From Candidatus Odinarchaeota archaeon (GTDB lineage Archaea > Asgardarchaeota > Odinarchaeia > Odinarchaeales > Odinarchaeaceae): a DNA stretch of 32,000 bases. Position numbers and translations under genes: made by a program. The notes beneath the pieces were generated by a model, which had not been told where the DNA came from, did not search any database, and saw only the letters and a list, made by a program, of their open reading frames with translations. The DNA is taken from positions 90,001 to 122,000 of the forward strand of contig JAEOUO010000002.1 of the NCBI GenBank assembly GCA_016839265.1, read 5' to 3'. Below are positions 27,717-32,000 of the stretch, piece after piece; within the stretch, counting starts at the first letter, position 1, and each line of letters opens with the position of its first letter.

Positions 27717-28420
27717 AAATCGCTATAATTCAATTCCCTGGATCCAATTGTGAATACGATGCTTTGCACGTGTTAAAAAACGTGTTTAGACAGGATACTC
27801 ATCTTGTATGGCATAAAGATTTTAACAGCGGAGACTTCGACGCTGTTATTCTCCCTGGCGGATTCTCTTACGGTGATCATCTCAGAGCCGGTGTAATCGC
27901 AGCTTACAGTCCAGCTATGCGGCATGTCAGGGAAATGGCGGCTGAAGGTAAACCTGTTCTCGGAATCTGTAACGGCTTCCAGATATTAATTGAATCAAAA
28001 CTATTAGACGGTGCTCTTCTTCAAAATAATTGTTTAACCTTTGTCTGTAAATGGGTGAACCTCCGTGTTGAGACTACGCGTACACCTTTCACCAAGTTTA
28101 TTAATGAATCCTCTATTCTCAGAATACCTATAGCTCATAAAGAAGGTAGATATGTTAACACTCGTAGAAGAATCAAGGAGTTATACGATAACGATCAAAT
28201 AGTATTCAAATACGTTGATGAAAATGGTTTCGAATCCAGTGATTCTAATCCTAACGGGTCAATGGATAATATCGCTGGTATATGTAATCTAGACGGGAAT
28301 GTGGTTGGATTAATGCCGCATCCTGAACGGGCTTCTGAAACGATTCTCAGCCCTTATAAAACCGAGCACGGTCGTTTAATCTTCGAATCGCTTATAAAAT
28401 ATTTTAACGGTGGTCGTTGA
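27713..28420 (+). CDS. purQ: FGAM synthase glutaminase subunit PurQ
   Basis: FPGSNCE, PGGFSYGDHLRAG, LGICNGFQIL, NPNGS and LMPHPER triad. Confidence 0.97.
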   Translation: MKIAIIQFPGSNCEYDALHVLKNVFRQDTHLVWHKDFNSGDFDAVILPGGFSYGDHLRAGVIAAYSPAMRHVREMAAEGKPVLGICNGFQILIESKLLDGALLQNNCLTFVCKWVNLRVETTRTPFTKFINESSILRIPIAHKEGRYVNTRRRIKELYDNDQIVFKYVDENGFESSDSNPNGSMDNIAGICNLDGNVVGLMPHPERASETILSPYKTEHGRLIFESLIKYFNGGR

Positions 28421-30649
28421 ATGACTTTTATTGACGGTGTTAAAGTGAACCTTACAGAGGAAGAAGTTGAAAAAGCTAAAACTCTTCTAGGCCGTGACCC
28501 GAATCAAGTTGAAGCAGGTATGATTGATGTAATGTGGTCTGAGCACTGTTCTTATAAATCTTCTAAACCTTTCCTTAAACAATTACCTAAAGAAGGTCCT
28601 AGAGTACTTGTAGGTCCAGGTATGGATGCAGGTGTCATCGATATTAACGACGGGGATGTGGTTGTCTTCAAAGTTGAGACACATAATCACCCTTCCGCTA
28701 TTGAACCGTATAATGGTGCGGCTACAGGTATAGGTGGTATTGTCCGGGATATTCTATGTATGGGCGCTCGCCCTATCGCGTTATTCGATAATCTTAGATT
28801 CGGTAAACTTCGTAGCAATCACTCTAAATGGCTTTTCGAATATGTTGTGAAAGGTATAAGCGACTATGGTAATTGTATCGGTGTGCCGACTGTCGGAGGG
28901 GATGTTGAATTCGACGACAGTTATGAGAATAATTGTTTAGTTAATGTAGGCTGCATCGGATTAGCTAGGCGGGAGGAGATAGCTTTAAGCGTGGCTAAAA
29001 ACATCGGTGATATTCTAATATTGATGGGGGGCTCCACAGGTAGGGATGGGATACACGGTGTAACTTTCGCTTCCCGTGTTTTAACAGAGGAGTCTGAAGC
29101 TGACAGACCGGCTGTTCAAATAGGTGACCCCTTCACTAAGAAACTTATTATTGAAGCTACTTTAGAAGCGTTGAAAACCGGTTACGTCACTGGTTTAAAA
29201 GATTTAGGAGGGGGAGGTTTAACCTGCGCAGCTTCCGAGATGTCAGGTGCAGGGGGAACAGGAGTTGAAATAGATCTTGACAAGGTTTTCTTAAGAGAAG
29301 AGAATATGATACCCTATGAAATAATGATATCTGAATCTCAGGAGCGTATGCTTTTCGTAGTTAAACCGGAGGGTGTGGATAAAATAACTCGGATATTCGA
29401 TAAATATGAGCTCTCTTACAGTATTATTGGAAGAGTTGATGGATCTCAGAAAGTTAACGTTTATAAAAACGGTCAACTTGTAGCTCAAGTTCCTTCTAGA
29501 ATGTTGTCTGATCCGCCTGTTTTAAACAGACCTGTTAAACGCCCATCTTATATAGATCAACTAGCAGAGGTATCAGCGCCTCCTACTCCTTTAAACTTAG
29601 CTGATGTTGTTTACAAACTTGTAGGATCCCCGAATTTAGCGTCTAAAGCATGGGTTTACCGTCAATACGATCATGAGGTTGGTGATAGAACTGTTATTAA
29701 ACCAGGTCAAGCGGATGCAGCTGTTCTGAGAATTCTAGGTAAGAATAAAGCTATAGCAGCTAAATCAGATGCAACCCCCAGTCACTCTTATCTTGACCCT
29801 TATAACGGTGGTGCAGGTGCTTTAGCTGAATCATGCAGGAATATCGCTGTTACAGGAGCTGAACCTTTAGCATGGGTGGATTGTTTAAGCTTCGGTAACC
29901 CTGAGAATCCGGAGGTTTTATGGTGTTTCAACGAAACTATTAAAGGTTTAACCGACTATGCTTTAAAATTAAATATCCCCTGCATAGGCGGTAATGTAAG
30001 CTTCTATAATGAAGACCAGGTAAGCGCTCGCGTTGTTAAACCTTGCCCTGTAGTTCTCACAGTCGGCTTAATAGAAGACTGCTCATATATTACTACTATG
30101 AGTTTTAAACAACCCGGTGATAGAATTCTTATGATCGGTTTAACTTATCGTGAAATGGGTGGTTCTGAATACTATACGTTTTATCATAATATTCAAGGCG
30201 GTCGTGCGCCTGTCGTAAACCTTGATCTTGAAGCAGTTACATTGAAAACAGTTTTAAAAGCTGTTAGAACAGGTAAAATTTCAGCAGCGCATGACTGTTT
30301 CAGGGGTGGTATAGCTGTAAGCTTGATTGAAATGGGTATGGAGAATAATCTTTCAGCTAGTGTTAACTTAGACGGGTTAAGTGACCTTGATTTAAAATTT
30401 GATGAGCTTTTATTCTCTGAAAGTCACAGCCGTTACATTCTCACGACTAGAGAAGAATATTTAAATGATATTATTGAAATCTTCACTCAAAATAATATTC
30501 CAGTTAAAGAAATAGGTGTGGTTACTGATTCAGGTAGATTTGAATTCGAATATAAGAATAGAAGGGTATCCTGTTCTATGAGTAAGCTTAGAAAACTATA
30601 TTATGAGACGATACCCAAGTATATGGGTGTTACTGAATGGATGAAGTGA
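28421..30649 (+). CDS. purL: FGAM synthase subunit PurL (small type)
   Basis: WSEHCSYKSS, ETHNHPSAIEP, DLGGGGL, SESQERM, QYDHEVG, GGNVSFYN and FSESHSR. Confidence 0.97.
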   Translation: MTFIDGVKVNLTEEEVEKAKTLLGRDPNQVEAGMIDVMWSEHCSYKSSKPFLKQLPKEGPRVLVGPGMDAGVIDINDGDVVVFKVETHNHPSAIEPYNGAATGIGGIVRDILCMGARPIALFDNLRFGKLRSNHSKWLFEYVVKGISDYGNCIGVPTVGGDVEFDDSYENNCLVNVGCIGLARREEIALSVAKNIGDILILMGGSTGRDGIHGVTFASRVLTEESEADRPAVQIGDPFTKKLIIEATLEALKTGYVTGLKDLGGGGLTCAASEMSGAGGTGVEIDLDKVFLREENMIPYEIMISESQERMLFVVKPEGVDKITRIFDKYELSYSIIGRVDGSQKVNVYKNGQLVAQVPSRMLSDPPVLNRPVKRPSYIDQLAEVSAPPTPLNLADVVYKLVGSPNLASKAWVYRQYDHEVGDRTVIKPGQADAAVLRILGKNKAIAAKSDATPSHSYLDPYNGGAGALAESCRNIAVTGAEPLAWVDCLSFGNPENPEVLWCFNETIKGLTDYALKLNIPCIGGNVSFYNEDQVSARVVKPCPVVLTVGLIEDCSYITTMSFKQPGDRILMIGLTYREMGGSEYYTFYHNIQGGRAPVVNLDLEAVTLKTVLKAVRTGKISAAHDCFRGGIAVSLIEMGMENNLSASVNLDGLSDLDLKFDELLFSESHSRYILTTREEYLNDIIEIFTQNNIPVKEIGVVTDSGRFEFEYKNRRVSCSMSKLRKLYYETIPKYMGVTEWMK

Positions 30650-32000
30650 AAGAGGCTTGCGGTGTAGTCGGCGTTTACTCTTTAAGCCGTGATTTCAACG
30701 TAGCTCATCTACTATATGATGGTTTACTTATCTTGCAGCATAGAGGTCAGGAATCAGCTGGTATAAGCGTGCTCACCGGTAAAAGCATCCGCTCCATTAA
30801 AGGGATGGGTGGAGTTGATGAAGCTATACCTGAAGAAAGCTTGGCTAAATTATTCGGTAATATAGGTATAGGACACACCAGGTACTCTACAGCAGGCTCC
30901 AGTAATGAAGCTAATATTCAACCTTACACTATTGATATAGGTGACACACAGTTCGCTTTAGCCTTCAACGGTAATATTACAAATCATTTAGAGCTTAAAA
31001 AAAACCTCATACGCCGCGGGCACACTTTTACATCAGACGCAGACACTGAAGTTATCGCTCATCTTATGATATCTTATCTACTAGAATCTGATTTAAACTA
31101 TAATAAAGCGATTGAACGAACTATGGAGCTTCTTGAAGGAGCTTACTCTCTTGTATTAATAAATAACAGCGGTCAGCTTTACGCGATCCGGGACCCTCTC
31201 GGCTTCAGACCTTTATCTATAGGTGAACTAGATAAAGGCTCTTATGTTATCTCATCTGAAACCGTGGTTTTCGACATTCTTGAAATAAATTATCTCCGTG
31301 ATATTCAACCGGGTGAAATTCTATTAATCAACAACGGTCGCCTTGAACCACGCCGCGTATTCGAGTCATCTAATTCAGCTCAACCCACCGCTCACTGCAT
31401 GTTCGAATACGTATACTTTGCTAGACCTGATTCGATTGTTAACGGTATCTCCGTTCATGATGTTCGTATGAAACTTGGTATGAATTTAGCTAAATTTCAC
31501 CCTGTGGAAGCGGATGTCGTGGTGCCGATACCGGATTCAGGTAGAGTCGCCGCGATCGGATACTCTCAACAATCAGGTATCCCTTTAGTTGAAGGGCTTA
31601 TAAGGAACAGGTCTATTTGGCGTACATTTATACTTCCATATCCTGAGCTTCGTGAAAGATATGTGAAATTGAAGATTAACCCTGTTAAAGAGGCTATTAA
31701 AGGGAAGAGAGTGGTTTTAATCGATGATAGTATTGTTAGAAGTACAACGTCAAGGCGTATAGTTAACATTGTCAGAAAGGCTGGAGCTAAAGAAGTTCAT
31801 TTCAGAGTAAGCTGTCCGCCTATAATCTCACCCTGCTATATGGGGATTGATTTTCCGCGTAAAGAGGAGCTTGTAGCCGCTAATAAATCAGTTGAAGAGA
31901 TAAAAGAAGAGATAGGGGTTGACAGCTTAGGTTATCAGCCTTTAGAAGGTTTAATTGAGGCTATCGGTCTTGATCGAAGCCGTCTTTGTATGGCTTGTCT
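30637..32000 (+). CDS. purF: Amidophosphoribosyltransferase, Fe-S type, truncated by the window edge
   Basis: Not in the ORF track. MDEVKEA|CGVVG (propeptide then catalytic Cys), LQHRGQES, GHTRYST, CMFEYVYFARPD, DDSIVR, CPP...PCYMGIDFP and LCMAC. Start is ATG 30637 or GTG 30646. Confidence 0.96.
   Translation, partial: MDEVKEACGVVGVYSLSRDFNVAHLLYDGLLILQHRGQESAGISVLTGKSIRSIKGMGGVDEAIPEESLAKLFGNIGIGHTRYSTAGSSNEANIQPYTIDIGDTQFALAFNGNITNHLELKKNLIRRGHTFTSDADTEVIAHLMISYLLESDLNYNKAIERTMELLEGAYSLVLINNSGQLYAIRDPLGFRPLSIGELDKGSYVISSETVVFDILEINYLRDIQPGEILLINNGRLEPRRVFESSNSAQPTAHCMFEYVYFARPDSIVNGISVHDVRMKLGMNLAKFHPVEADVVVPIPDSGRVAAIGYSQQSGIPLVEGLIRNRSIWRTFILPYPELRERYVKLKINPVKEAIKGKRVVLIDDSIVRSTTSRRIVNIVRKAGAKEVHFRVSCPPIISPCYMGIDFPRKEELVAANKSVEEIKEEIGVDSLGYQPLEGLIEAIGLDRSRLCMAC

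Noticed and set aside
3149-31769. Other short track ORFs (3149, 3588, 6432, 7054, 9618, 12215, 12446, 14971, 15875, 19090, 20892, 25358, 25617, 26560, 29291, 31566)
   Set aside because: All lie antisense to or overlap well-supported genes or the IS hairpin and show no recognisable motifs.
1-32000. CRISPR array, integrase/prophage or full-length transposase
   Set aside because: No regularly spaced 24-40-nt repeats and no integrase, capsid, tnpA or intact tnpB ORF seen on either strand.

Overview
AT-rich, gene-dense archaeal chromosome segment with Shine-Dalgarno-led genes and many TTG/GTG starts. A TACK/Asgard origin, most plausibly Asgard, is inferred from eS25, a Naa10/Ard1-type acetyltransferase, a SEC11-type signal peptidase and a stand-alone longin-like protein. 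Left to right: a GT4 glycosyltransferase cut by the window edge; glutaredoxin plus ferredoxin:thioredoxin-reductase catalytic subunit; a hypothetical coupled to a B12-binding radical SAM; a nurA-herA-mre11-rad50 DNA end-resection operon followed by a YgjP/M48 (WLM/SprT-like) metallopeptidase; nitroreductase; pmbA/tldD; a Grs-like radical SAM; an Ard1-like GNAT with an ~80-aa insert; site-2 protease plus pyrE; signal peptidase; longin-like protein; pstS divergent from pstCAB-phoU; two hypotheticals (one proline-rich with a WH2-like tail); rps25e; and purC-purS-purQ-purL-purF, cut by the edge. Main signals the ORF track misses: (1) three co-oriented IS200/IS605-derived pieces within 1.4 kb around rps25e, one looking like a stand-alone TnpB omegaRNA-type locus with a decayed RuvC-III stub and candidate promoter and terminator; (2) rad50 has no canonical start for its conserved N-terminus, with an ACG at the SD-spaced position, in frame with mre11 across one TAA. 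No tRNA, rRNA or CRISPR array was seen. All calls come from motif recognition by eye; no database searches were run.
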